From Chitinophagaceae bacterium (GTDB lineage: Bacteria; Bacteroidota; Bacteroidia; Chitinophagales; Chitinophagaceae): a stretch of 53,267 nucleotides of DNA. How positions within the stretch are numbered: position 1 is the stretch's first letter; every line of letters begins with the position of its first letter. The position numbers and the translations under genes are program-made. Below are positions 10,947 through 20,666 of this stretch, piece by piece. Under the pieces are notes generated by a model. It was given only the letters and a program-made list of their open reading frames with translations, did no database searches and was not told the DNA's origin. Location: assembly GCA_019455085.1 (NCBI GenBank), contig JACFNA010000002.1:1-53267 (forward strand). Reading direction: 5' to 3'.

Positions 10947-13172
10947 TTAGCGGTCAGATTTGAGAATCTGTATCAAATCCTTCATTACTTCTTCATTATT
11001 CTCCCTGTATAATGAACTGGCCACCTCTTCTTTTTCTCTTGCCGTCAAATGAAAATTGAGTGGTGCTCCAATCTGCTGTTTCTCGGGGACATACATGAAG
11101 GCAAGCCGCCTGATCGGGTCCTTCAGAAAACCCTGTGAATACGTGATCTCATCATTTTGATTATAATCCTGTACCTTGAACCAGTTGCTTTGCAGCATAG
11201 AAACAGGCCGGGTAACCGCATCAGCCATCGTGCTTCCCTTGTAGGGCGTGTCCCAACTACCCTTCATGGTCGAGCGGAACTGCACAATCACCACGCCACT
11301 CGTGTTTTCATTAATCCAGTCTTTGAACGCATAGAGAAAACGAAGTGTGGTTTCCTCACCGTTATTATCTCTCAATCCGGCATCCATCACATCTATGATA
11401 GGATGAGTGGGCAACCACACAGCGGGTAGCACGTAAGGGTAGGTGGCGTTCATCCTTAGCGCTGTGAGCACCCGCACATCCATGGGCGACCGTCCTCTGA
11501 ATAATGCGCCAAAATCAATTGCATCAGGGCCTGAAAACTTACTGGCGCTATCGATATAGGCTTCCTGCATCAGAAAACTCACCGGCTGTGTAGATATGAT
11601 CATCTTCTTCAGATCGCGCGTCACTACAGAATTGAAGATGATCAGTGGAATCTCTGCTGACGACTCAGCTTTGCTGTAAAACCCAACCGGATGATCCAGC
11701 ACTCCACCGGTATTCCGGTTAAATTTTTCTTCAAAAGCATACCCGCGGTCTTTAATATAACTAAAACCATTGTACGTAAACCGTTGTGTCGGCGCAATGA
11801 AGTCTCTTGCTACCAGGGAAGAAAAAACGGGGTTCAGAAGGTCTTCCGACACATTCTTCAGATATTTCTTATCCTGCAGGTTTATCTGAAAGCCTTCCTG
11901 CTTCTGCCTGTAAAGCTCTCTGAAGTAAGCGGCCGCAAGCATCCCTCCTGAAGCACCAGACATCATAAATGCACGCCTCAGAAACCGGCCATCTGTAGCA
12001 CTATCCAGGTGCTGCAATGCGTTCATAGAAAAACTTGCGCCCCTCAGGCCTCCGCCACTAAAATTTAACATCACAAGCAATGGCTTATCAGTCTGCTGCC
12101 GCGCTTTCCACCGGTTAAGGATCCCAATCATATTTTCCTTATCTGCCGCTATCTTTTCCGGTGTATTAAGCGACTGCAATGTTTCAAGTGTGTATGCCGG
12201 CCGGTCACCTGAACGATAGTCCAGCCCGTACGCCCTGTTACGTGGGTCAATGATATTGTTTACGTAAAGCGTATTTAGCAGGAAGTAAAACAAGACAACA
12301 AACAAAAAACTCCAGCTCCGCAGGAAATATCCCAGTGCGGCTATCACAGCGACCATCAGCGCAAAAAATATAAAGATGCTTGCCCCTGCGGGTAGCTGAA
12401 AAGCCCTTTTGTCAAGAAAAAATCCTATAGAAATCAGCAGGATAAATGCAAGAAGAATGGTGATGATGGCAGAAAAGTGATGCCGCTTAAAAATAGAATC
12501 GAGAAAGGTGAGGCTATAATGCGATACATCCCTTGCCTTGTGAAACTTAAAGAATCCTGAGGCATAATATAATACCGGCAGCTCAAAAACAGAGGCCTCT
12601 GCGTCCTGTGTGGTCTGTCGTGCCTGATCCCCTGAAAGCTTAAAAATCCCGGGTTGTATCCGGCGTACTATACGGCGGTCGGCAGTAAAGAAATAAGCAA
12701 ACGAAATTACATGGAGAAAGATGAGTCCGCCCAGAAAAGATAATGAAATAAGCAAAAAGCGCTCAAACGGTATAAGCTCATACTTTATGGCATAATGATA
12801 CGCTTCAAAAAAATAAACTATCAGAAAAATGGACGGGATAATGGCATTGTTCAAACAGTATTTCAGAAATGGGTTGGTGGTGGCTGCAAGAAATCTGAAC
12901 CGGCTGCTGTGCAGAATGAAGGTGGCAATGTTCCAGCTCATAATAAAAATACCGGCTGCAACCCCTACTATAGCCGAACCGAGTGGGTTAACTGAACCAA
13001 GATACTCCGGCGCCAGAAAAAGCCCGTCTGCACCAAACAACTTCATAAAGTGACCGGTAACTGTTAAAAACGGAATTGCCCAGAACAACAAAAGAGACTG
13101 CGACTTCCTTAAATGCAGCACGAGCAGCTGAATAGGAAAGGAATAATAAAAATATTTTGCAGCTTTCTTCAT
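10947..13172 (-). CDS. Polytopic membrane protein with C-terminal patatin-like phospholipase domain
   Basis: Many N-terminal TM segments, then SGGGLRG (oxyanion), GASGG (nucleophile) and DAG (catalytic Asp). Confidence 0.8.
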   Translation of the reverse strand: MKKAAKYFYYSFPIQLLVLHLRKSQSLLLFWAIPFLTVTGHFMKLFGADGLFLAPEYLGSVNPLGSAIVGVAAGIFIMSWNIATFILHSSRFRFLAATTNPFLKYCLNNAIIPSIFLIVYFFEAYHYAIKYELIPFERFLLISLSFLGGLIFLHVISFAYFFTADRRIVRRIQPGIFKLSGDQARQTTQDAEASVFELPVLYYASGFFKFHKARDVSHYSLTFLDSIFKRHHFSAIITILLAFILLISIGFFLDKRAFQLPAGASIFIFFALMVAVIAALGYFLRSWSFLFVVLFYFLLNTLYVNNIIDPRNRAYGLDYRSGDRPAYTLETLQSLNTPEKIAADKENMIGILNRWKARQQTDKPLLVMLNFSGGGLRGASFSMNALQHLDSATDGRFLRRAFMMSGASGGMLAAAYFRELYRQKQEGFQINLQDKKYLKNVSEDLLNPVFSSLVARDFIAPTQRFTYNGFSYIKDRGYAFEEKFNRNTGGVLDHPVGFYSKAESSAEIPLIIFNSVVTRDLKKMIISTQPVSFLMQEAYIDSASKFSGPDAIDFGALFRGRSPMDVRVLTALRMNATYPYVLPAVWLPTHPIIDVMDAGLRDNNGEETTLRFLYAFKDWINENTSGVVIVQFRSTMKGSWDTPYKGSTMADAVTRPVSMLQSNWFKVQDYNQNDEITYSQGFLKDPIRRLAFMYVPEKQQIGAPLNFHLTAREKEEVASSLYRENNEEVMKDLIQILKSDR

Positions 13173-13183
13173 AAAAGGGGCGC

Positions 13184-14257
13184 TTAGCTTCCGAAACCCA
13201 CATACTTGCCGGATTTCTTACGAACCAGATACATTTCAAAAACAAAAGACAACAAGAGCATTATTGCTACTGTCTGATGCGTCACTCCAAAATACAACAG
13301 ATTATCCCCTTTCGGCGATAACACAACTGTAAAAATCCCAAGTATCACCTGAGCGGTTACTAACAACATCGGTAAATTCCTGTATTTCCTGAACAACCTT
13401 CCTTCCTTTGCTTTCAGGGCTGTAACCCACCAGAAGATTGTAGCAATAAAAATCAGGTATGCCAACGAACGGTGAACGAACTGAACCGCTATTTTATTAT
13501 TGAACCAGTTGCTAATCGGCGGATCAAGTGTGTACATATACTTCGGAATCCACTCTCCGTTAATTGTCGGCCATGTGGGTGCCGACATAGCCGCATGCAT
13601 TCCGGCCATAAAAGCACCATAAATCAACTGGAAGAAAAGCAGCACACATATCAGTATCGTTTCATTTTTCAGCCACTTGTTCACAATTATTTCTTTCCGT
13701 GGCACACTCAGGCTCAGGGCAAACCAGAATGTATAAACAAGCAATATCAATGCCGCCATAAAATGCGTGGCAAGCTCTACGTGACCCACGAAATATTTTT
13801 CGGGAACCAAACCGCTTTTTACCATTACCCACCCGATAGCACCCTGAACCGCTCCGAGCAGGAACAATAGTACGAGGGGCATTACCATCTCTTTCTTAAA
13901 CTTCTTCGCGAACAGAAAGTAGAAAAATCCTACAGCGAATACCAGCCCCATAAAGCGGCCCCAGTTGCGGTGAAACCACTCCCAGAAAAAAATCTTCTTG
14001 AAATCTCCCAGTGTAAAGTCTGCATGTATATACCTGAACTGTGCCGTATTCTTATACTTATCAAATTCCGCCTGCCAGTCTGCCTGATTCAAAGGGGGGA
14101 GCGAGCCGGTTATCGGCTTCCACTCTGTAATGCTGAGGCCGCTCTCGGTCAGCCTCGTTATCCCGCCAAGCAGTATCTGCACTACTATCATAAATACACC
14201 AATATAAAGCCAGACAGCAATCTGCCGCCGCGACCTGTCCATAGTTAAATTATCCAT
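13184..14257 (-). CDS. ctaA: Heme A synthase COX15/CtaA
   Basis: GGITRLTESGLSITEWKP, FFWEWFHR, QFVHR and HQ motifs. Confidence 0.95.
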   Translation of the reverse strand: MDNLTMDRSRRQIAVWLYIGVFMIVVQILLGGITRLTESGLSITEWKPITGSLPPLNQADWQAEFDKYKNTAQFRYIHADFTLGDFKKIFFWEWFHRNWGRFMGLVFAVGFFYFLFAKKFKKEMVMPLVLLFLLGAVQGAIGWVMVKSGLVPEKYFVGHVELATHFMAALILLVYTFWFALSLSVPRKEIIVNKWLKNETILICVLLFFQLIYGAFMAGMHAAMSAPTWPTINGEWIPKYMYTLDPPISNWFNNKIAVQFVHRSLAYLIFIATIFWWVTALKAKEGRLFRKYRNLPMLLVTAQVILGIFTVVLSPKGDNLLYFGVTHQTVAIMLLLSFVFEMYLVRKKSGKYVGFGS

Positions 14258-14362
14258 CCGGTTGGGGTTTAGAGTATCTGCGTTAGTACAAACTGTTGAT
14301 TACAAGTTATTACACTAATACCAAATAATATCTTCAGCCTAATTTTGACAAAAATAAACAGA

Positions 14363-14935
14363 TTGCTGCTACCTTTTCTTCAAAGTGCTCTTACAGAGGC
14401 CGGAATCGATGAGGCCGGCCGGGGATGCTATGCGGGGCCTGTTTTTGCTGCGGCAGTGATCCTGCCTCCTGATTTCCGCCATCCTGATATAAACGATAGC
14501 AAGAAACTCTCTCCTGCAAAACGCGCAATGCTGCGACCGGTTATCGAAAGAGAAAGTATCGCGTGGGCGGTGGCTTCAGTCGATAATGAAGAGATTGACC
14601 GCATTAATATCTTACAGGCCACCTACAAAGCCATGCATCTGGCAGTCGATAGGCTGGCTGCAACTCCTGGTTTATTGCTCGTGGATGGAAACCGATTTAA
14701 AGAATATCCCAATATTCCACATCAGTGTATTATACATGGCGATGGGCTTTATGCCTCCATCGCAGCGGCAGGAATTCTCGCCAAAACGCACCGCGACGAA
14801 TTTATGGATCAGCTCCATAAAAAATATCCGGTGTATGCATGGAGGCAAAATAAAGGCTACGGCACAGCATCTCACCGCGAGGCAATCCGGCTGCACGGCT
14901 TATCCCCCTATCACCGAAAGAGTTTCAATATTTGA
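14363..14935 (+). CDS. rnhB: Ribonuclease HII
   Basis: GIDEAGRG, DSKKL, LLVDG, SIAAAGILAK and KGYGT. The ORF-track TTG at 14345 overlaps a TAATTTTG promoter motif, so the in-frame TTG at 14363 is preferred. Confidence 0.95.
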   Translation: MLLPFLQSALTEAGIDEAGRGCYAGPVFAAAVILPPDFRHPDINDSKKLSPAKRAMLRPVIERESIAWAVASVDNEEIDRINILQATYKAMHLAVDRLAATPGLLLVDGNRFKEYPNIPHQCIIHGDGLYASIAAAGILAKTHRDEFMDQLHKKYPVYAWRQNKGYGTASHREAIRLHGLSPYHRKSFNI

Positions 14936-14959
14936 ATGACACCGTTTTGCATGAAGAGA

Positions 14960-15036
14960 GGTTGCGGGTTTCAGGTTTCAGGTTTCAGGTTGCAGGTTTC
15001 GGGTTTTGGGTTGTGAGTGGTGGGTTGTGGGTTTGT
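14960..15036. repeat. Degenerate heptamer tandem repeat (consensus GGTT[T/G][C/T][A/G]), 11 units
   Basis: ggttgcg ggtttca ggtttca ggtttca ggttgca ggtttcg ggttttg ggttgtg agtggtg ggttgtg ggtttgt. Confidence 0.9.
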
Positions 15037-15153
15037 TAAATCGCATAGGTAAACGTTAAGCTGTTGTATCCAATTCCCCTTAAATATTGGTTAATGCAAT
15101 GTTACAGCCTATTTATTTTCCTCATTTTTCCGTAATCTTGAATTAACTGGGGG

Positions 15154-15161
15154 TAACTTTG
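15154..15161 (+). promoter_or_regulatory. Bacteroidota sigma-A -7 element (TAACTTTG) for the 735-aa gene
   Basis: Matches TAnnTTTG about 50 nt upstream of ATG 15214. Confidence 0.6.
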
Positions 15162-15213
15162 CAACGGAACTACGTCAGATGTAATCTTATTCACTGTACC
15201 TGTTTGCCTGAAT

Positions 15214-17421
15214 ATGAAAATAATTTTATTCTTTCTGGGGATTTTCTCTTTCTCAATATCTCTCTTTGCGGGAGACACTACTAATATCCCTCTGGCTCGT
15301 CAGGTATTTCACGACCGGATTGTAAAAGAGCAACTCAGGGCCGACAGGGCCGACGGGCACCAGGATGGACTTATCAAAGTAGGGCCCAATTCTGATATTA
15401 ACCTGCTGGTTACTGATGCAATCTTCCGAAGGGTGAATGTACTCAGAAATAATGTGGAGGATAATCCAAACCTCACCACAAATAATGATAAAGTAAGGTA
15501 CCTGAGATTTCTGGAATTTATGATCAGAGACTTTATCAGTGCCTGGAAGAATCATACACTGCAACCATCAATGGCACCCTCGCTGCTTGATTGTTTCACG
15601 TCGGTATTCTTTGATAATATGGAGGGCAAGAGTATGCTTCCTTATATTGAACAGGCGCCTTATGAGGTGGGCAAAATTGTGGCTAACCTGTTTTGGGATA
15701 ATGAGGGCTACAAAGAAAGCAGACTGGTGTTGTTTAAGAAATTTGCCACACTTTACCCGGGCGAAATACTAAGTAACATAGGCCCTTACACTGAGGAGCC
15801 TTTCGCCGATTCTCTCGTAATTGTAGCGTTTAATAACAGCCCCAGCCAACTCTATTCATACAGCCAGAGCACTCAGACCAAACAGGGGAAGCTCATTGCA
15901 AGAAGCAGGGACAGCCGCATACAAACTGTTGTAAAACTAAGCAGGCAACCGCGCGCATTATTTTACTTTCCTTTCCTTGATGACCTGATTTCGGGTAAGA
16001 GAACTATTGACGAAATCAGTAAGGTGGCCGGTACAGACGACAACACTTATGACAGCATTGGCTACTTCCGCCTGCTCGTAAAAACAGAAATTGATTATTA
16101 CGGCCGGCTTATCAGAAAGGACACTCCAATTGCCATGTTTGGCGCCAACGGCCTGGTGGATATGTTACAGCGTAAAGCAATCCAGCACTTCATTACCCCC
16201 ATCAACGATCTTCACGAGATGCCTAACCCTGTGAGGTTTCAGGCATTGAATCCACTTAACGCGCAGGAGCTTTACTACATGATGGTATTGGGCGAAAACG
16301 ATATTTACACCTCGAGTTACAAGTACAGCTTCGACCGAATGCTGCAGATGATGGGTCCCCACCCTCACGGAGACTCGTTACTGGTATCGTTAAACTTCGA
16401 CAAATTCAAAAAGTTTATCAAACTGGCAGCGGGATACAACAGGCTGGATGTATTTCTTAAAACAATGGCTCCGCAGAATTCAGAGAAGCTCATGCAGGCC
16501 TTTGTGCTCAACCTGGAGAAAACAGGTTCTCTCGAAGATGCAGTGGATGTGGCTGATAGCTATGGCAGCATTACAGATCCGGTGTTACAAAAATCAATGC
16601 TGGCAAATGTAGAGTGGAATCTCGACCGATGCACAAAACAAAACAACGAGCGCGGTATGAAGATCTATGGCTTGTTAAAAACCATCATTCTAAGCGCTGA
16701 CCCCGCCAACAACATTGATCTGAGTAAAGAAATTGGTATCCCTCCCATCTATACTGTGGACAATAAATATCTGGAAGATGACAGCGGCAGAATCATAGAA
16801 CAGGTATTCTTCTACGGCGACAAGGACGGCATTATGTCGTATAACAGTTACCTCACCAGCTTTCCTGCTTCCGACTGGACGATTACAGATAAAAAGCTTT
16901 GGATCGAGATTAAATCCAAAAAGGGCAAACAGGTATGGATATACGCCAATAAGCCACTCGACAACGAAGAGGGAAAAGACGCGGAGGCGCAGAATCAGTT
17001 GCGTACCTATATGGACAACCAGGGCCTGGTTCCATCAATCATCATCCACCGCGGACATAGCTATCATCTCCAGTCCACTATCAACCAACTCTCAGAAAGC
17101 AATAAGATAATAATGCTGGGAAGTTGTGGCGGATATCAGAATTTGAAATCAATCCTTGACTACGCACCTGAGGCTCATATTATCAGTACTAAACAGACCG
17201 GAGCCATGAATGTGAACAAACCAATCATTGATGCGCTGGACAATACCCTTCGTGAGGGTAAAGACATCGATTGGAGAAAGATGTGGGACGATCTGAGTGC
17301 TCAGTTCGTAAAAGCCCCCAAACAGATAAGAGAAACTTTTGAAGACTACATCCCGCCCCAAAAAAACCTGGGTGCACTGTTTATTAAAGCCTACCAGAAA
17401 GACGGAAATTCGGAAGAGTAG
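15214..17421 (+). CDS. Large secreted hypothetical protein with a putative C-terminal clan CD-like His/Cys domain
   Basis: 735-aa ORF with a signal peptide; C-terminal IIIHRGHSY and IIMLGSCGG motifs. The function is inferred. Confidence 0.75.
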   Translation: MKIILFFLGIFSFSISLFAGDTTNIPLARQVFHDRIVKEQLRADRADGHQDGLIKVGPNSDINLLVTDAIFRRVNVLRNNVEDNPNLTTNNDKVRYLRFLEFMIRDFISAWKNHTLQPSMAPSLLDCFTSVFFDNMEGKSMLPYIEQAPYEVGKIVANLFWDNEGYKESRLVLFKKFATLYPGEILSNIGPYTEEPFADSLVIVAFNNSPSQLYSYSQSTQTKQGKLIARSRDSRIQTVVKLSRQPRALFYFPFLDDLISGKRTIDEISKVAGTDDNTYDSIGYFRLLVKTEIDYYGRLIRKDTPIAMFGANGLVDMLQRKAIQHFITPINDLHEMPNPVRFQALNPLNAQELYYMMVLGENDIYTSSYKYSFDRMLQMMGPHPHGDSLLVSLNFDKFKKFIKLAAGYNRLDVFLKTMAPQNSEKLMQAFVLNLEKTGSLEDAVDVADSYGSITDPVLQKSMLANVEWNLDRCTKQNNERGMKIYGLLKTIILSADPANNIDLSKEIGIPPIYTVDNKYLEDDSGRIIEQVFFYGDKDGIMSYNSYLTSFPASDWTITDKKLWIEIKSKKGKQVWIYANKPLDNEEGKDAEAQNQLRTYMDNQGLVPSIIIHRGHSYHLQSTINQLSESNKIIMLGSCGGYQNLKSILDYAPEAHIISTKQTGAMNVNKPIIDALDNTLREGKDIDWRKMWDDLSAQFVKAPKQIRETFEDYIPPQKNLGALFIKAYQKDGNSEE

Positions 17422-17493
17422 GCCATTCTGTACAACCCGTTAAGTTTCCGGCATCAAATTTTCTATCCTTTACCTTTGGATAAAATTGCTTTT

Positions 17494-19569
17494 ATGTATT
17501 CCAGAGAGGAAATCAGACAGTTGCTGGAGGATTCAAAGACCTATCTTGATCATTCGCCGGACATCAGGCGGCTCAGGGAGCTGCTCCGGTTTCACGAATA
17601 TCGCTATTACGTCAAAAACGATCCCCTTCTCAGCGATGAAGCGTACGATAAGCTGTACAAAAAGCTTGAAGAAATGGAGCATGCACATCCTGAATGGATT
17701 ACCCCGGATTCTCCCACACAGCGAGTAGGGAAAGACCTCAATGATGATTTCAGGACTGTAAAGCACCTCGCTCCTATGCTGAGCCTTGAGAACAGTTACA
17801 ATCCACAGGATGTCATAGAGTGGCGGCAGAGGTTAAGCTCCTTTGTAAAATCACCTCACGTGCACTTTAGTGTGGAACCCAAATATGACGGTGCGGGTAT
17901 CTCGCTGATATACGAAAATGATATACTCGTAAGAGGAACGACAAGAGGTGATGGGGCAGAGGGCGACGACATCACCACCAACATCAGGCAGATACGTTCA
18001 ATTCCTCTGTCAGCTACCTTTTCAAAATTTGGTATCCGGCGCATAGAAATTCGCGGGGAAATATTGCTTACAAAAGAAAACTTCAGAATATTTAATGACA
18101 GTCTTATAAAAGAAGGACTAGCCCCACTGGCAAATCCAAGGAACGCTGCAGCCGGGTCACTGAGAATGAAAGATCCCGCGGAAGTGGGCAGAAGGCGACT
18201 GGAAGCAGTACTTTACCATGTCAGCTTCGTTGAATATTCAGGAAAAGAGAATCCTAACCTCAATACACATTCGGGAACTATAGAGGTGCTTAACACGCTG
18301 GGGTTCAAAACGCCGTGGGGCGATATGAGAACTTATAGCACCATCGACGATGTAGTGAATTATTGCCTGGACTTCGAGAGAAAGCGCGACGAGCTCCCAT
18401 ACGAAATAGACGGCATGGTGGTAAAGGTCGACGAGAAAGAATTTCAACAGATGGCGGGGAGCACCAGCCACCATCCGAGGTGGTCAATGGCTTTCAAGTT
18501 TAAGGCACGCCAGGCTACTACCAGGCTGATAGACGTAGAATTCCAGGTGGGGCGGACCGGAGCCGTCACTCCTGTGGCCAAACTGGAACCTGTGCCAATC
18601 GGGGGGGTCACGGTCTCGTCTGTTTCTCTTTTTAATGAAGGAATAATCCGGGAAAAAGATTTACGGATAGGTGATACTGTTATTGTCGAACGCGCGGGAG
18701 ATGTGATTCCCTATATAGTCAAACCGCTGACAGAGTTAAGAGACGGCAGCGAACGCCACATTCATTTCCCCACACATTGCCCCGTGTGTCACGACAAGCT
18801 CTACAAACCGGAGGGGGAAGCAGTATGGCGTTGTATGAACATCAACTGCCCGGCTCAGGTAGTCGAACGCATCATCCATTTTGCCAGTAAGGATGCAATG
18901 GATATAAAATCGCTGGGAGAGTCGAACGTAAGAAGGTTCTACGAAGAAAAAATAATTTCAGATATTCCGTCGCTCTATGCTATCGACTTCGACAGGGTGG
19001 CCGGCCTGGAAGGGTTTGGGAAAAAATCAATTGACAATCTGAGGGCAGCTATTGAGAACTCAAAAAAACAGGAACTAAACCACCTGATATTCGGACTCGG
19101 AATTCGTTATGTCGGAGAAGCCTCTGCCAAAGAGCTGGCATCGTCTGTAAACAATCTTTCAGAGCTGGAGAATCTGAGTATGGAACAACTACAGGAACTT
19201 AAGGATATAGGCCCCAGGGTAAGTGAGAGTATCTACTCTTTTTTCCATGACGCACATAACCTTAAGATGCTTAAAGAGCTGGCACAGAAAGGGTTGAACA
19301 TGAAAGGAACAAAGAAAAAAGAGCACACAGGCAGGTTGGCCGGAAAAACATTTTTGTTTACGGGCACCCTTGAGGGTATGAAGAGAAATGAAGCCGAAAA
19401 ACTGGCTGAAGAACAGGGCGGACGCCTTCTGTCATCGGTCAGCGCCCACCTGGATTACCTGGTAGTAGGGGAGTCGCCGGGTAGTAAACTGGAAAAAGCA
19501 AGAAAAATAAATTCAATTCAGGTAATAAATGAAAAGGAATTTTTAGATTTGATATCTCATTCCAAATAA
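17494..19569 (+). CDS. ligA: NAD-dependent DNA ligase
   Basis: EPKYDG, TRGDG, ANPRNAAAGSLR, Zn finger CPVC...C...C, HhH repeats and BRCT domain. ATG 17494 is preferred because TACCTTTG at 17471-17478 overlaps the ORF-track TTG. Confidence 0.97.
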   Translation: MYSREEIRQLLEDSKTYLDHSPDIRRLRELLRFHEYRYYVKNDPLLSDEAYDKLYKKLEEMEHAHPEWITPDSPTQRVGKDLNDDFRTVKHLAPMLSLENSYNPQDVIEWRQRLSSFVKSPHVHFSVEPKYDGAGISLIYENDILVRGTTRGDGAEGDDITTNIRQIRSIPLSATFSKFGIRRIEIRGEILLTKENFRIFNDSLIKEGLAPLANPRNAAAGSLRMKDPAEVGRRRLEAVLYHVSFVEYSGKENPNLNTHSGTIEVLNTLGFKTPWGDMRTYSTIDDVVNYCLDFERKRDELPYEIDGMVVKVDEKEFQQMAGSTSHHPRWSMAFKFKARQATTRLIDVEFQVGRTGAVTPVAKLEPVPIGGVTVSSVSLFNEGIIREKDLRIGDTVIVERAGDVIPYIVKPLTELRDGSERHIHFPTHCPVCHDKLYKPEGEAVWRCMNINCPAQVVERIIHFASKDAMDIKSLGESNVRRFYEEKIISDIPSLYAIDFDRVAGLEGFGKKSIDNLRAAIENSKKQELNHLIFGLGIRYVGEASAKELASSVNNLSELENLSMEQLQELKDIGPRVSESIYSFFHDAHNLKMLKELAQKGLNMKGTKKKEHTGRLAGKTFLFTGTLEGMKRNEAEKLAEEQGGRLLSSVSAHLDYLVVGESPGSKLEKARKINSIQVINEKEFLDLISHSK

Positions 19570-19571
19570 TT

Positions 19572-20132
19572 ATGGTAAAAAAACTATCGGGCGAAACATG
19601 GAAGCCTTTCCGTTTCGACGGGCTTCAACAGATGCGTAACAAATATGCCATCAGCTCCAATGGCAGAATCGCAGCTTACAAAAAAGATGTCTATGAAGAC
19701 GGTAGAATCCTGAAAGGCTCTATCACTTCAGGATACAACACACTGAACATTCACGCCGGTGGGCTTAGCAGCACTTACTATATCCACCGCGAAGTTGCTC
19801 GCCTCTTTTTACCAAAACCTCCTGCAAAAAAGAAAATTGTGGTGCACATCAATCACAACAGAAGTGACAACCGTGCAAAAAACCTGAAATGGGTAACGCA
19901 GGAAGAAGCCATTGCACATCAGCAAAAGAGCCCACTGCGCAAAGCTTATAAGGAGGTGCAGCAAAACAGGACCACCGGACTCAAGTTGACCATCGCACAG
20001 GTAAGAGCAATGAAAAATCAGCTTAATAATCCCAAGCGCAAGATGACTAAAAAACAGATTGCCGACAAATATGGTGTCAGTGAGATGACACTCTACAGAA
20101 TTCAAAGGGGAGAAAGCTGGAAGAAGGCATAA
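19572..20132 (+). CDS. NUMOD4-like / HNH-fold / HTH DNA-binding protein
   Basis: ETWKPF...YAISSNGRI (NUMOD4-like), HREVARLFL...VVHINHNRSDNRAKNLKWVT (HNH) and a C-terminal HTH (KQIADKYGVSEMTLYRIQRGESW). Confidence 0.8.
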   Translation: MVKKLSGETWKPFRFDGLQQMRNKYAISSNGRIAAYKKDVYEDGRILKGSITSGYNTLNIHAGGLSSTYYIHREVARLFLPKPPAKKKIVVHINHNRSDNRAKNLKWVTQEEAIAHQQKSPLRKAYKEVQQNRTTGLKLTIAQVRAMKNQLNNPKRKMTKKQIADKYGVSEMTLYRIQRGESWKKA

Positions 20133-20256
20133 TAGTCTATACACTTCTTGAGCACACTTCTGAAGACGAAAAAATCTTTTCGTCAATAGTACTTAATTGG
20201 GTTTTATATTTCCACGCTGTTTACATATTCAAGAGTATCCCACTCGTGGTTTAAAG

Positions 20257-20290
20257 AAAATAAAATGGCCGATGATAAACATCACCGGCC
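20257..20290 (-). terminator. Intrinsic terminator on the minus strand
   Basis: Minus-strand RNA GGCCGGUGAU-GUUU-AUCAUCGGCC followed by AUUUUAUUUUC. The internal G-U pair forms only on the minus strand. Confidence 0.7.
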
Positions 20291-20451
20291 TTGCTTACCT
20301 CTGAAACCACAAGAAAAAAAGTTAGTGGTAAGAAATAATATTTTGAATCAACAAGTCAATGTTCACGGGACAATACGAACCAAACGGGCTACAGTAAATA
20401 ATAGGAATTGAGTTTCGAACGGTTTTCGGGGGATAGGGGAAAAACTAATTC
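20257..20451 (-). ncRNA. Candidate ~190-nt intergenic small RNA
   Basis: TACTTTAG -7-like element (20463-20456) upstream and a terminator downstream. No ATG between them and no annotated gene on this strand. Confidence 0.4.
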
Positions 20452-20666
20452 AGTGCTAAAGTAAGAATATTTTATAATATCTGAAAAGAAAATTTATTTC
20501 TAAAACCAAATCAATAGCCTGAGCGTCAAACGGTTGACCTCATTTTAATCCCTCTTTTTTACATTTTCGTAATCCTTCAGGATTTTATGTTTGACAAACA
20601 TGCCTTTCTGCTGCACAGAAAGAACGACGACAAGGATTCCTTAATTTTGAAAAAAAAGATTACAAA

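Noticed and set aside
14960-15036. CRISPR array
   Set aside because: The units are 7 bp and contiguous with no spacers, and there are no cas genes in the window.
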